Notes: generated by a model not told the origin, from the sequence alone. Shown: positions 35,430 to 50,200, counted from the first letter of the stretch. The stretch is DNA of 64,000 nt from Geosiphon pyriformis uo1 (GCA_016748015.1 JAAOMT010000226.1:124001-188000); one strand, 5' to 3'. Numbers and translations are program-made.

Positions 35430-36232
35430 CTTTATGTAAGGTTCAAATTTGATAAATTTTTATTAAAGTAAAAATAATGGTTTAAAAATTACCAAAATTA
35501 TTGAGTGTAAAAATAGTTATAAAAACAATAAAATTTTTTTAATATATTTAAAATAACAAAATTAATTTATAATAATAAATATTTATTTAAAATTTAAAAA
35601 TAGTAAAAATAATAATATTTAAGATATAAAAAACAAAAACAATTGTTAAATTTTAAATTTTATGTTTTATTAAACTATTTTAATATATTTAAAAAAACAG
35701 TTTTGTTTTTAATTTATTCAAATTTTAATATACAGTAAATTTTATTAAAATATATGTAATTATAAAATTAAAATAATATTAGTTTTTAATAACTTAAATA
35801 ACTTTAAAAAATTAGATTATTTGTAAATTATTTTTTATTTATTTATTTTAATTAAATATAAATATTTATTTATATTTAAATATTTATAATAAATATAAAT
35901 TACTAATCTTTTTTTCTTTTTTGTTTTTATAATTAAACTTAAAAAAAATAATAAAATAATTATAATTCTTATTTTTAATATTGTTTTTATTAATTTTAAT
36001 AATTAAAAAGTTTTTTTAAAGTAAAAACAATTAAATAATACTTTTTTAAAATACGTTTTTTAAGTAATATAAAATTAAAACAGCTTTTAACTGTTGTTAA
36101 AACATTATTTTTGGCTTTAAATAAAAGTTTTTTATTCAAAAATATTTTTAAATAACTAATTAAAAGTAATTTTAATATAATAATAATAATAATAATTATT
36201 ATTATTATTATTATTTTAAATTTAAATAAATA

Positions 36233-37071
36233 TATTACTTATAAAAAAAATATAAAAATAATAATAGTATAAATAGCCAATACCAAAATAAAAAATTATT
36301 AGAACACATAATATTAAAAATTTTAAAAATTACAAAATATTAATAAAAATGCCAGAAATTTTAAAAATACCAGAAAATTTAGTAATAACTTAAAGAAATT
36401 GTAAGGATTTTAAAAATTTTGTATTACAAAATTTAAATATATATAATAAAAATAATAAAAGTCAAAAAAAATTAGTTAATTATTAAAACAAGACAACAAA
36501 TAAGTTTACTTTAAGATTTGTTTAATTATTTCTACTTTTATTAATAATTACAAATTAATCAACTATTTAATAAAAATCTTTATCTTATTTATTAATTAAT
36601 AAATTCAAAATTATTGTATTAAAATTTATATTATTATTATATTGATATTGTTAATATTTATAATAACTATTTAATAAAACTAAAACAATAGTTCTTGATT
36701 AAAGCTATTAATAAAATACTAATTATAATTTTATTATTTTATTAATTATATTTGTTTTAAGTTACTAATTAATTGTAAAAAAGTATTAAGATTATAATAT
36801 CAAAGATTGTTAAATAAAAAATCAGAAAAAAACATAAACATAATTAAAAAACTAAGATTACTTATGAAAAAAGTGCAAATATTAGAATAAATTAATTATT
36901 AAACTAAAAAAATTATTAAAATTATTATTAATTACTGTTAAATAAATTTCTGTTTATTATATAAAAAACTTTAATACAAAATTTTCAGGAAATTTTTAGA
37001 ATATACTTAATCAATTTAAACATTAAATTACAGAAATTATTAATATATACTTAAAAAATCTATTTGTAATA
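36233..37071 (+). repeat. Heavily decayed solo-LTR-like relic of the same gypsy family
   Basis: TATTACTTATA start (cf. TGTTACTCATA); AACAATAGTTCTTGATTAAAGCTATT at ~36685 (LTR hairpin motif); TGTAATA end. No clean TSD. Confidence 0.6.
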
Positions 37072-37199
37072 ATAATCTAATTATTAATAATATATATAAA
37101 CAAATTAAGTATTTATATTAATATTAATATTTTTATTAAGTCTAAAAAAAATATATATCTATTAAATAAATCAAAACTAATTATAAAAGTTTTAATAAT

Positions 37200-40100
37200 A
37201 TTAAGTCTTCAAATTTGGGTTTAAGTAAATTTAAGATTCTAACTATTAAAGTAGGTAGATTAAAATCAAAAATAATGGCTCTTAAAGTTTCAGTTAGTTT
37301 AATTTTAATGAAGTTAAATTAGTTTTATATTAGTTTAGATGCTTTGTTGCTTTTTTTATCTCAATAATTGATTTAATATGAAAGTTTACTATATGCAATA
37401 TTCAGAATATCAATGTTTTTGTAAAGCAAAAAAACATTGTTTGTTGGCATATAAGTATCAATAATATGATCTTTATAGTTACAAAAACAAAATTAAGATC
37501 TAATATTAAGTTATAGATTATAAATAAGTTTAATAGAGTGTAAATTTTTATGTCTGATTTGAATAAGAGTTTTTTTGGTGCTAATATGGCTATTGTTATG
37601 AATAATTTTCTGGTTTGACATGTTTTTAAGATGAAAAAAGTTTTTAGTCAAATTATTTCAGTATAGTTACTCTTTAAAGACAAGTTTTCAATTATAATTT
37701 TGGGTTTATATATTGGTGCTTTTGCTAAAATTAGATTTAATCAGGCTGCAAAAATCAATTTTTACATTGTTAAAATAGTTAACTTCAGCATTTTTATTGT
37801 CTTAAGTGAGATTTCAATAAAGATAAACTTAAGAAAAGTACAAGTTTCAAGTTCTATTTGAATTTAGAATTGGTTAATTTGTTTAGTGAGTATTTATTAG
37901 TTAAAGTTTTTACTTAAAACAATTTGAGAGATAGTAAAAAAACCTTAAATTACATTTTTGTAAATAAAAATTTGTTATCAATAGTAGTTAGTTATGAAGT
38001 TGGCTTTATTTCTGATTTTTTTAACACTAATTACAAAACAGTTTCAGTTTTAATTAATATAAATAGTTTTTTAGATATCTAATTGAATAATATATATAAA
38101 CAAGCTAATAAAGATTACTGAAAATTTAAATTTAACAATACAAATAGTGTTAAATAGATATAATTTAAGGAGTGTTTTTCTGTCAAGTTTTTATTAATAA
38201 TAAATAAGTTTTTTGAAACTAGAATTTGTAAAAATTTGGATGTTATATAAGAGCTATTAAAAAAAGTAATAATAAAATCAGCTAATAAAATATTTTTTAG
38301 ACTTTGGTTTAGTAAGTTTTAATGTTCAAAAAACAGACAATTTTCAAAATTTTTTGGATGGCAAAGAAGCTGTCAAGATCATAAATATGATTCAAAATAA
38401 TAATAAATTAATATATATTTTTAAACAATTCTTAACAATCTGAAAAAAATACAGGAAGTTTAAACTTAATAAGTCAAGAATGATAGAGAAAATATTTATT
38501 AAGAAAACAATTGAAAAACACATGAAAAGTTTTTGTTCTAATAAAGAAAATATAATAAGTAGTATTTTGGATCAGTCTTTTTGCAAGATAGTTCTAAATT
38601 ATTTAGTAATTAAAAATAAGTTGGTTTTAAAACCAAAAAAGATTAAGTTTAATATTAACAAGATTATAGAAAACTAAACAAAAAAAGTGAATCATGTTTA
38701 CAGTAATGTCTGATCTTTGGGCTTGTTAATATGTATTTTTAAATTATGTAAATAATGATGCTTTTTCTAAAGTAATAAAAAAAATTAGTATATAAGAATT
38801 AATTACAGTTATTAATAGTCTACTTAATAACAAAGCTACTAAACTATTTGACATCTTTAATAAACTTTAAAAGCATAATAGTAATACTATAATGAAACAT
38901 TTTTTAAAGCTTCTAAATATATATTTGTCTCTTAATAATGTTTTGTTCTATGAAAAAAGCATAGATTTTGTTTGCATATTGTAAATTTAATATTCTTTAA
39001 AATAAAATTTTTTTTATATTAAAAAGCACTTTGATTCAGTTTTTTGTATTTGCTATTAAGTCTGTAATAGAAAATACTCTAGAAAAAAATAGAGAATTGT
39101 GGTTGGTCCTACAAAATATGTATAAAGCATATGACTTAGTTAGATAATATTACTTAAAAACTAACTTACAATAGATTAAAATATGTAATTAGTTTATTAA
39201 ATTTTTTAACAACATATATAAAGATAGAATCAATAAAGTAATGATTAATTTTGGTTTTTTGAATAATTATAGAGTGCATAATAAATTGGATTAGAATAAA
39301 GTATTTTCATTTTTTTTTTAAAAAATTTTTTATAATTCACTCTTGTGTAAAGTTAAGAGACATGAATATTTGGGTGAATACCAAATTAATACTAATCAAA
39401 TTGGGCAGAATTAAGAATAGTAATAAAATAATTTTTTTTTGCTGCTAGTATATTTATGAATAACACAATTTGGGTTAGAAATTGTTAGGCTTTTATACAA
39501 TATGCTTTAGATATTGTAAGCAAATTTTTTATAATCAATAATATTTCAATAAACAATAAAAAAATAATAATTATTCTTATTAATTAGAATATTAAGATTG
39601 CTTCTTTGAAGATTAGTGGCTTACCAATTTCAATTGTCAAAAAAAATAAAATACACAGATACTTAAGAATTTTTTTATTAACTGAGAAATTATCAAAGCC
39701 AAATTTGGCTAAGACTCATTTTAATATTCAAATTTTTGTTAATATAATGCTTAAAAAAACTATTACAGATAAACAGTTCTCTTATTTGGTATTAGCTGTT
39801 TTATAGCTTATTGTTAACTATAAGTCTTAGTTTAGTTTTGTCTTATTCAGTATGTATTGTAAATAAGATGTTATAATTAAAAAAAATCTCAAATTTAAAG
39901 CCAATCTATTACATAATTTTTTTAGTAAAGTGCTACATTATTCTTTTTTTTATGGTTTAAAATCATTTAAACAAATACAAACTGAAAGCAAATTGGCATT
40001 TGTGATAAATTTTTTTAATGCTTTAGATATTTTTGGACAGTTATTTTGTAACAAACTTTTGAACTTACAGATTTTAGGCTGGATTTTTTTAAATTTTTTG

Positions 40101-41283
40101 TAATATTTTATAAAGTTGTATATCAGTTCTGTCAATAATTTTTTTGGCCAATAATTTGTCTTTAGGTAATAATTTGTTTAATACATTTTGTAATCCTGAA
40201 AGATTTTTAATGTTAGATATTTTAGAAAAGTCTTTGTATTACAATTTGGTTTGCTTTTTGAAAAAATTTGAAGTGGCTTTTAGTGATAAGCTTTTGGACA
40301 AAAAAAGTAGGGTAATAAATTGGAAAACATTTTATTATTAAAAAAAGTTGGATCCTAAAAGTTCTATGTTATTTTGGTTTAAGTTAACATCAAAATTTCT
40401 GCATGATATTAAAACATCTTTAGTTAATTTTACTCAAACCAACATATTATATGGTCTGAGTATTCTAAAATCTAACAAGTTTTTTAATGTGTGTGAATGC
40501 TTGTATAAGATTTGATCTAATACTATTAAGATATATACAAATGGTTCTTTGAAAAATTTAGGTTTTGTTAATGTTATTTATAAAGCTGCTGTATATTTTT
40601 TAGCCATAAATATGAATATTGGAATTAAAGTAAATGGTTTTTTGTTATTAACTTTGGCTAAATTACAGGCTGTTGCTTTGTTTTTGGAGTATGTTCTTTC
40701 ATCTTGTGCAGTAATTTTGTATTTGGATAATCAAATAGCTATTAATTCTTGTGTTATTAAAAAAAGTTTTGTGGTGTCTGATTTTTGTAACTATTATTAA
40801 ATAGAAAGGAAGCATATTACAAATTTAATAAGAAATAAGAATCTTTTAGTTAGATGAATAAAAGTTAAGAATTATTTGAAAATTCTTAACAATGAAAAAA
40901 CAAAACAAATAACAAGTAAAACTGTTGGTTTTCTCTTGTTTCTGCTGAGTAAAGTACATAAATATTATATTGTGGCTAATAATATAGCTGTTTTTGACAA
41001 TATCTAATATTTGTCTATAATATATACTGTTCTATTTGTTATGTTTAATGAAAAGTTAATTTTGGTTATAAGATAGTACTAAGCAATTTAATTAAGAACA
41101 CTAATTAACAGTCTACTATAAAAACATAATATTCTAATTAACATATATTGTCTAAACTTATTAGCAAGAATTTTGTTAATTTGCATACATACTTAATAAA
41201 AACCATATATGACTGTTTATCAATAACAGTTAAAAAAAATTGTATAATAAGAAATATTTAGGTATATTGTGCTTATTGTGTGA
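37200..41283 (+). mobile_element. Highly degenerate LINE: ORF1 end plus ORF2 (APE endonuclease, RT, RNase H, start of CCHC)
   Basis: ICNIQNINVFVKQ (APE start); QNMYKAYDLV (cf. QDMxKAYDSV); FMNNT (cf. FVDDT); IYTNGSL and LAKLQAV (RNase H); LCLLCD cut by F. Confidence 0.78.
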
Positions 41284-41537
41284 TGTTACTTATAAAAAGA
41301 GTACAAGAAAAATAGTAAGAAAAGCAGATAAAAAAAATAGACCAATAAGATAATAGTATTGAGCACATAAACACATTGCTAGTGAATTATAGCACATTGC
41401 TTAGCAATATGAGCAATATTAGTAGATTAGAACATATTGCTTGATTAAGACATATTGCTTAACAATATAAATATTGTTCAAGAAATTATAACACATTGCT
41501 TATAAATGTGTAAAATTTTATAAAACATTAATTATGT

Positions 41538-42389
41538 TGTTACAATTGATTATTTGGGGTCTCAAATCAAATAACAAACCTGTAATTTGGTGTTTGATTG
41601 ATATCTTGGCATTGGTATCTAACAGTTTTTGTTGATTTAAAGGTTTAATTGTAGAGTCTTTTATATAATAGACAGAGATTGAATAGTTGTTTTTAGTAGT
41701 CTTCTGGAATTGCAATTTTGTTAAATTTCTTTCTCAGTATAGTGGCTGGTAATTCTCCTGGTAAGCTATTCTTAAATCTATGAGTGTTTTACTCTTGTTT
41801 CACAGGTCTTTTACCAGTTCCTATGATGTCTGTATTTCAGTGCTTTTTTTTTAATCAATTTAGTAAAATAACAACAAAAGAAAGAAAAATAAAAATAACA
41901 ATAAAAGAAATAAAAAAATAAGCCAAGACAATAATAATTAGTATTCCACCAATAGCCATAATCAAGAGCTATTGTTTCAGCATGATTAAGTATTTAAGAC
42001 TATCAACATGAAATATTGATAGTAGAGAATGAATTGAGATAGCAAATAATTATTTATTAATATTTGTGAAAGGAAAGTTTTTCTAGATCAAATCTAAACT
42101 GAAAGGTCTGTCTTTTCTACTTCTAATGCTATTGTTATATATATATGATTGAGATTCCTCAATTTCTCAATTTTTCACACCAGAAATCCTGGAATTCCTG
42201 GAATTTTGTAATTCCTTTTGAGAAAAATCCTAGAATTCTGGAATTCTGTGATTTCTTATATGAAAATCCTGAAATTCCTGGAATCCTGCAATTCTTCTTA
42301 AGAGGAATTCTGAAATTCCACATTTACTATGGCTATTTCTGATTGGTTAATATATATGCTAATATACTTCCTATATTTTATGAGTAACA
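41538..42389 (-). repeat. 3' LTR of D
   Basis: TGTTACA...GAGTAACA; PPT adjacent. Confidence 0.92.
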
Positions 42390-42402
42390 TTATTCCCTTC
42401 TT

Positions 42403-43054
42403 TTAATATTGAGCTTCATCGAAATCTCTTAATTCTAACTCTCTGTTGTTGAGTATTTCTTGAACTTCTTTTTTAAGTATTATTTGTGTTATTCTGTTCT
42501 GTAATTTTTCAAATTGGGCATTGGTTATTTTTCTCATTTGGTTAATTGTAATGGAGTTCATTTCTGAATTAAATAAGATTTCTAGTTTGTCTTGAAATCC
42601 AGTATGTAGTCAATAGATAGCTCTTGCTTGTGTAGTTAAATTGTTTTTTCTCACAAATTGTTCTAGTTGTTGTAGTATTGTTGTATTAAATAATCATTTT
42701 GTTTTATTCATGTATAAGTTCTAAATGTTCAAGTATCATCCCAAGTGGAAGTAACAAAAATTCTTTAGAAATTCGAGTATCTATTATTTTTAAGTTTCTT
42801 TAGTTAACTCTTAATATGTGGTGATATTTATTGGTTTTTTTATTGCTACTTTTATTTTCAGAACCATTTTGTCAATGGTGTTTTCTGTTTTCTTTTGATT
42901 TGGGTATCTTTCTGATATCTCAGTATCAAATGGTTTATTGGTTAATAGTAATTTCCATATTTTGTTATTAAATCAGTTGAAATAGTTGTTGTGCTAGTGC
43001 ATGAATGTTATCAGTGATTTCTATTTTTCTGAAGTCTTCCATCATGTTTACCAT
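42403..43054 (-). pseudogene. ORF3 of D
   Basis: Homologous to C/E ORF3; ends DFDEAQY*. Confidence 0.75.
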
Positions 43055-43084
43055 GTTTTTATATACTCTTTTTATTGTTCAATT

Positions 43085-44461
43085 TTATGTGTTTGATTCA
43101 ATGATTATGATTGGTTCCAGATCTTGTGAAATCTCATTTGGTTGGACTAGTATTTGCTGTACTCCCAGTTGTGGAATATTATTGGTGGATAATGATATTG
43201 TATGGTAATATTGTTTCAGTTGGTCACTATATACTGCTTTGGCCAAGATTTTGTTGTCCCATTTTAATTTATAAGCTCTATTTCCAATAATTTTTTCTAT
43301 GTAAAATGGTCCATCCCATTTGGGGTCAAATTTTCTACTCCATTGTTTTTCTGTTTTGGTATGATGTAAAAATACTTTGTCTTCAATCTTGAATTCAACT
43401 GGTTTATTTGGTAATTGGTTATTGTGTCTTTCTTTTTGTTTTTCTTGTGACTTTTGGATGTTATTAACTGTTCTTTGTTGCTTGTTTTTTAGAGTTTCCA
43501 TCAAGTCATATGTTCTTCTTAGCAATGTTTCCTGAAAATTGTCTTTAGTTATTGGTTCTGTTAGATAAGTGTTGACTTCTATCTTAACTAGTAATGTTGC
43601 TGTTCTACTATATACTAATTCAAATAGTGTTACTTGTGTAGTATTTTGCTTTATTGTCTGATAAGCAAATAATACTGATGGTATAAACAAGTTCTATTCA
43701 TCCTGGTTTTTTTGACTGATCTTGGCAATTGCTTCACACAATATTCTGTTGAATCTTTCAACTAATCTATTTGTTTGTGGATGATATAGTAATGATAATG
43801 GTCTTTTGATTCCAAATCTTTGACTTAATTTTGCTAGTGTTCTATTTACAAAGTGAGTTCTTTGGTCTGATAATAGTTTTTTTAAACATTCATGTTGACA
43901 TATTAAATCTTGATGAACAAATTTGGCAATGGATTCTGCATCTGCTCTTTGAATGGCTTTTGCTTCTGGCCATTTAGTAAGATAGTTCATGGCTACTGCA
44001 ATATATCTGTTGTCTTTGCTGGTTATTGTTAATGATCTAATTAAATCAATTCCAATATGATCAAATAGTTGTCTCACTTTGATTAGTCTCAATGGTTCAC
44101 TGGATTTTGTTCCACCTCTTCTTTGACAAGCATTACAATTTTTAACATATTGAATAATATCTGAATATATTGATGGCCAATAGTATCTTTTTTTAGTTTT
44201 TTCTATGGTTGCTTCTTTGTGAAAATGTTTTGCTATTGGGTCTGAGTGCATGTTGAATAATATTGTCTCTTTCTCCAGTTCTGTGATTACCCTGGTTGGT
44301 TGATCCAGATTTCTTTTGTTCTTCTGGTAAAGTATATTTTGATGGTTGATAAAATATTTTGCTTGCTGTTTTATGTTGTTCTGTTCTTTTTGAGATAATT
44401 TCTTCTTAAACAATTAGATATTTATATAATGTTGAAGTTGTTGGTATTTTTGTATATTTAT
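43085..44461 (-). pseudogene. Integrase of D
   Basis: ORFs 43694-44413 and 43085-43690; KWDGPFY; LEPIIIIE; start codon mutated to ATA. Confidence 0.9.
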
Positions 44462-44491
44462 GTTTTGTTATATTTTTGGGTTGAAATGTTT

Positions 44492-47400
44492 TTAGATTTG
44501 TCTTATTTGTGACAATCCATCAGCATTTTCATTTTTTTTTTCTTTTTTGTAATGAACTGTATAATTAAATAATGAAAGTTCTATTTTCTATCTGACATGA
44601 CAATCATCTCTGAATTCTTGTTTCTGGATTAAAGTTAATCCTTTGTGATCAGTATACACATCAAATTTTTGACTCAAGTATTTTTTCTATTTGATAACTG
44701 TCCAATAGATTGCTAAGTGTTTTAATGCTAATGTTCCATAGTTCTTTTCTGCTGGACTCAAGCTACAGCTGGTGTATGCTACTGAATGTTCTCTTCCATC
44801 TAGTTCTTTTTGTGATAATACTGCTTCCAATATTTGACCTGATGCATTGATAGTAATGATGAATAGTTTGCTGTGATCTGGATACATCAATACTGGAGCT
44901 TGAATAAGCTTTCTTCTTAGTGTGTTAAATGTCTTTTGTTGAGCTTCTGTCCATTTATATTTCACATTTTTGGTTTGTAGATGATAGAGTGGCTGGGCCA
45001 GTTTAGAAAAGTCCTTGATAAAGTGGCAATAATAGCCTACAAATTCCAAAAATGTTCTTAGTTCTGTCAAGTTGGTTGGTACTGGAAAGTTTTTTACTAT
45101 TGCAATCTTGTCTGGATCTGTCTTGATACTGTCTTTGCTTACAACATGTCCCAAAAACTTAAGTTTGGTTTTTCCAAAAAAGCATTTGTTGGCATTTAGT
45201 TTCAATCCTGCTCATCTGAGTCTTTCAAATACTTGTTGAAGATAATATAGATAATTATCAAATGTTTTTGAGAACACATTGGTGTCATTCAAGTATACAA
45301 CTACTGATTTCCATAGTAGTCTGGTATAAACAATTTCCATAAGCCATTGGAATATAACTGAAGCATTTATCAAGCCAAATGGCATCACTTCAAATTCAAA
45401 GTTTCCTTCTTGAATTGTAAAAGCCATTTTCTCTTTGTCTTCTGATTTCATGGCAACTTGCCAGTAACCACTATCTAAATCTAGAGTTGAGAACCATTTC
45501 TTCCCTCTAAAAACATCAAAAAGTTCTTAGATCTTTGGAGTTGGGTAACTGTTGTCTTTGGTTACTCTATTCAATTTCTGATAATTCACACAAAATTGTA
45601 TTTTCCCATTTTTCTTTTGGATTAGTACTATTGATAATAACCATAGGCTCATTGATGATTGAATTAGCCCATTGTCAAACATCCAATTTATTTCTTGATG
45701 AATAATCTCATGGCTGGCTGGTGGTACTCTGTATGCTCTCTGTTTAATTGGCATTGCATTTCCAGTCTTGATTTGGTATTGGATGATGTCAGTTCTACCA
45801 AATTTGTTTTTGCTGACAAAGATGTCATTGAAGTTGTTAAGTAATATTTTAAGCTGCATCTGTTGAAATGGGTCTAAGTTTCTCAGATTCATTTGTTCCA
45901 ATTGTTCTAGTTGGAACAGATAACATTCTTCTCGTTCATATATTGTTTGTGATGTAATATCCACATATTCACAAAGTTGTGGAAAATCTGGAATGATGTT
46001 TGAAAGCTGGTCTTCAATTTTTGTGGTTAAGTATTTAATAGTGGTTCTTTCTGGTATCTTAATGATATCTCCTGTGTTGTTGTAAATAAAGATTTTGATG
46101 TGGCTGTGTTTTTTGGCTAATATGTATAGATTGACTAATTCAATCTTTTCTGATTCACAAAGTGTTGCTTCTGCCTCAAAAATCTGAACTTGATCCTTGA
46201 TTTTTCTCTCTATAATTACCATGTACTATTCATATAGTGAAATAGAAATTGGTTGACAGGTGGAGATAATTTCTCCCTTGTCAACAATTTTTTTCTCTGC
46301 CATATTAACTGGTACATCTATTCTACTTGTGGATCCGAATTCTTGTATCTCTTTTGCTGTTATCCCTAATTTTTTTCTGTTTCCCACTAATACAAATTAA
46401 GCTACTTTAACCAAAGGTAAGAATATTGTCTGTGCTATCTTTTTGTTTGGATCTATGATATAGGTCTTTTCTAAGTCATTTTGTAGCATAGCAATAATAT
46501 TTCCTACATATCCTATATCAATTATCCCTTCTTTAATGTTGATTTCTTTTTTTGCTAAGCTACTCCTAGATACTAGTTGAACTATTATTGTTGCTGGAAT
46601 TTTCAGTGCTATTTTGAGATCAATGTAGGTGCACAAATGGAGTTCCAATTTTATGGCATTCTTCTTTGGATATTACAGATTAAACCCTATATCAGTATTA
46701 TACACACATTCTAACATGATACCTTTGCCATTATTGCTGAACTATTTAAGTTCTTGCTCCTTGATAAGATCAGAAAGTGTGATAAATGTTTTGGGATTTA
46801 AATCAGAGTTTGAATCTGAGTCTAAATTGTTGTTGTTGTTATTATTATATGGAACAAAACTGAAACTATTGTTTTTGTTATCATTGTTATCGAAGTTTGA
46901 ATTGGGATTAAAATTTAATTCCGATTCTGATACACAGCTGCTAATTGGTTCTTCCTCCTCTGGAATTGTGTAGATCATACAGATTGATAGATTGTAAATG
47001 AGGTCACACTCATTACAATATTGAAAGTTATAGGGAATTAGGCAGTGTTGACACAGTCTAGTATTCAACTGTTTTAAGCATTGTTCTTGCTCTTCTCTAG
47101 TGGGTGCTAAGTTTTGATAATGTTCATAAAATTTTTCTGAACCTGTTTTAATATTTAAAAATGCTTCTGGATTGGGAATTAAAACAATGTCAACTGGTTC
47201 TGGTGGGTTGTTTTTAATCTCTAAAATTTTGCTAAGTGTGACTCTTTTGATTTTGGCATTGGTCATATGCCAAATCTTGTCTTTGTCATGTGGATACTTG
47301 TCCAAGCAATTGATTGCTTGGTGCCAGGCTGCAGTAATAGACATTCCATAACTCACCCAGTTATTGATAAGGATTGTGTATTGGTACAAAGCATTACATG

Positions 47401-48619
47401 TTCCTTTTTGCCCAAGAATGTTGTTCCATATTTTTTTATCGAGCAACTGTTTACTGCAAGTAAAACATAGTTCATTGTCTCATTTTCCTTGACATTTTAG
47501 ATACCTGTATTATTCTCTATAGCACAGTTTATAGTAGTAATGTGTACATGTTTAGTAGTCTTCATCTGATACTACTCAAGCTCCTATGGAAAAAAGTTTT
47601 TTTCTACAGTCTTTGTATTTGAGAGGTATGTATAGCAGTTGTGGTAGTGGCTTATAAACTGAATATGAATTTGTCCAGCCACTATTTATTTCTTTGGTGT
47701 TGATGGCTTCTTTGGTTATGTTTTCTTCTTCTCTCTTCTTTCCCTTTCTCTTGTTGTTTTCTTCTCACTTCCAAGTTGATGGTTTGTTTAAGTCATTGTC
47801 AGTTTCCCAGGCTTGGTCAGCATTCCAGGTAAGTTTTTCTTTTGTTTTCTTTTTTTATTGTTATTTCAGGAGAGTATTGGTGGTAGTTTATTATGGTTTT
47901 CTTCAGTCTATAATACTTGATAAGCTTCTCAGGTAGGTTTCTTTTCTTCTTCTTTGAACTCAATGAGCAGTGCTAACATGTTAGTGGTCTTGAAATGGCT
48001 ACACATGGCTGGTACGCTTGTGTGTTAGCCGTTTTGGCTAAGTTAAAGCTCCTACATGTTTTAATCCAACATTGTATTGGTGTTGGACAGCCAGTTATTG
48101 CCAATGAGTACTTGGTATTAAGTGGCTTTTATGATTAATATCTTAATTAGCACAATAATACTATTGACTTCTATAGGGAAGTTATCAATTTTACCAATAG
48201 GGATTTTGGTTGCCTCATCAGCAGTGATTATGCAAGTACTGACAGCACAATTAACTTGGTAACCTAATTGGTCTATGAGTTGTCATGTAATGATGCTGCC
48301 TGCTAATCTGCTATCCAGGATTAATTTAATGGTCTGTTCATTGACTTTGGCATTGATATATATTGTTATAATGGATTTTTCATTAAGTGCTGTTCTACTG
48401 AAGAATGGTGTCTCCCTTTGGGTTTCTAATTCAAATAAAAAGATGACTGCTAATGAGTTATCATTGGTAATAATTGCTGGTAGTATGTTGTTGATAAGGA
48501 GTTGGTTTTGGTTGAGTTCTGGTTTGTGGGGTGTGGTGTCTTTTGAGGTGACCAGAAGACTTAAATAGTTCTGAAAATTTGGGTTTTAAGAGTACCCAGT
48601 TTCCAAACTCTGCTGGCAT
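44492..48619 (-). pseudogene. D PR-Cys-rich-dUTPase-RT-RNase H
   Basis: LILDS(R); LCQHCLIP; VSRSSLA..GIIDIGYVG..IAQ; YLND; RNase H motifs. Confidence 0.9.
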
Positions 48620-49498
48620 TGTTACAGGTGACAATTTCTGGTGTTGGATTAAATAACAAACCCATAACTTGGTGCTCAAAGCTATTCTCGTTGTCGATGA
48701 TCTGAAGGTTTGGTGTCTGAAGGTTTTGTATCCGAAAGGTTTGGTTGAGTTCTTTGTATAATAGACAGAGATTCAATGGTGATAGTTTTATCCGTAGCTT
48801 CCCAAAACCGCAGTTTTGTTAATTTCTTTCTCAGCTTAATGGCTGGTATTCCTCCTGGTAAGCTATTCTCAAGCAAGTATTCTACTCTTATTTCTGAGTC
48901 TTTTACCAGTCATGTTTATCCTGATGTCAGTGCCCCACACATTAATTCTCAATAGAGTTAGTAAACAACAATAAAATCAAAGCAAAAAAATAAAGAAAAG
49001 AAAAGAAAATAAAGAAAGAAAAAAATAAGCCAAGACGATTTGCAAATTAATATTCCGTTAATAGCCATAATTAAGAGCTATTGTTCCAGTATGGTTAAAT
49101 GTCAATTACTATCAACATGAAGTGTTGATAGTGAAAATAGATTTGAGATAACAAATAGTTATTTATTAGATGATTGTGATTTGGAGAGTTGCTTAAATTA
49201 AATCTAAACTGAGAGGTCTCTCTTTTTAGCTTCTAATCTTACTGCTATATATACATAATTGAGATTCCTCAATTCCTCAATTCTTCACAACAGGAATCCT
49301 AAGATTCCTGGAATTCTGCAATTTCTTTAAGAGGAATCTTGGAATTCTGGAATCCTGCGATTCCTTATGAGAATCTTGTAATTCTTGGAATCCTGCAATT
49401 CTTAAGAGGAATCCTGGAATTCCACATTTTTACTACATTTACTTTTGATTGGCTAATAACTATGCTAATATATATTTCCTATATTTCTATGAGTAATA
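48620..49498 (-). repeat. 3' LTR of E
   Basis: TGTTACA...GAGTAATA. Confidence 0.93.
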
Positions 49499-49511
49499 TT
49501 ATTCTCTCCTT

Positions 49512-50171
49512 TTAATATTGAGCTCTGTCGAAATCTAACTTTGTTAATTTTCCTTTTTGAAGTATTTCCTGAATTTTGTTTTCGAGAATTACTTGTGCTA
49601 TTTGAGTCTGTAATTCTTCAAATTGAGCATTGGTGATCTTTCCTAATTGATTACTGGTAATTGTATCTATTGCTTTGTTGAGTAAGATTTCTGATTGATT
49701 CTGAAATGCTGTGTGTATTTGGTATATGGCTTGGACCTGTGTGGATAGGTTGTTCTTTCTCACAAAATGTTCTAATTGTTGTAGTATTCTTGTGTCAAAT
49801 AATTGCTTTGTTTTATCCATATATAAATTCTGAATATTCACGTGTTGTCCCAAGTAAAAATAACAATAGTTTCTTGGAAATTGTTGTATCTATCAATTCC
49901 AGATTTCTCTGGTCAATTCTTGTTATAATCCGACTATTTGTTGTTCTTTTATGGCCAATTTTACTTTGGTGATTATTTTGTTGACCATATTTTTGGATTT
50001 TCTCTGTATCTTATATGGTAGAGTTTTTGACGTATTTTTGTAACAAATTGTTTGTTGATTGATTGTAATTTCCATCTCTTGGTATTGAATCAATTGAAAG
50101 AGTTGTTGTGCTAGTGAGTGAATTTTGTCTGTAATTTCCATTTTTCTGATATTTCTTGTCATGTCTACCAT
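49512..50171 (-). pseudogene. ORF3 of E
   Basis: ORFs 49923-50171 and 49512-49853 are one frame broken by stops. Confidence 0.8.
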
Positions 50172-50200
50172 GTCTTTATATATTTTTTTGATGGATTAAT

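Noticed and set aside
36229-37075. TSD for the relic solo LTR
   Set aside because: The flanks AATA and ATAA do not match, so it was excluded from the target-site tally.
48682-48876. Small ORF in LTR U5 (also 57949-58137)
   Set aside because: It is duplicated only because the LTRs are; it has a TTG start and the frame is not preserved in A, C, D or F.
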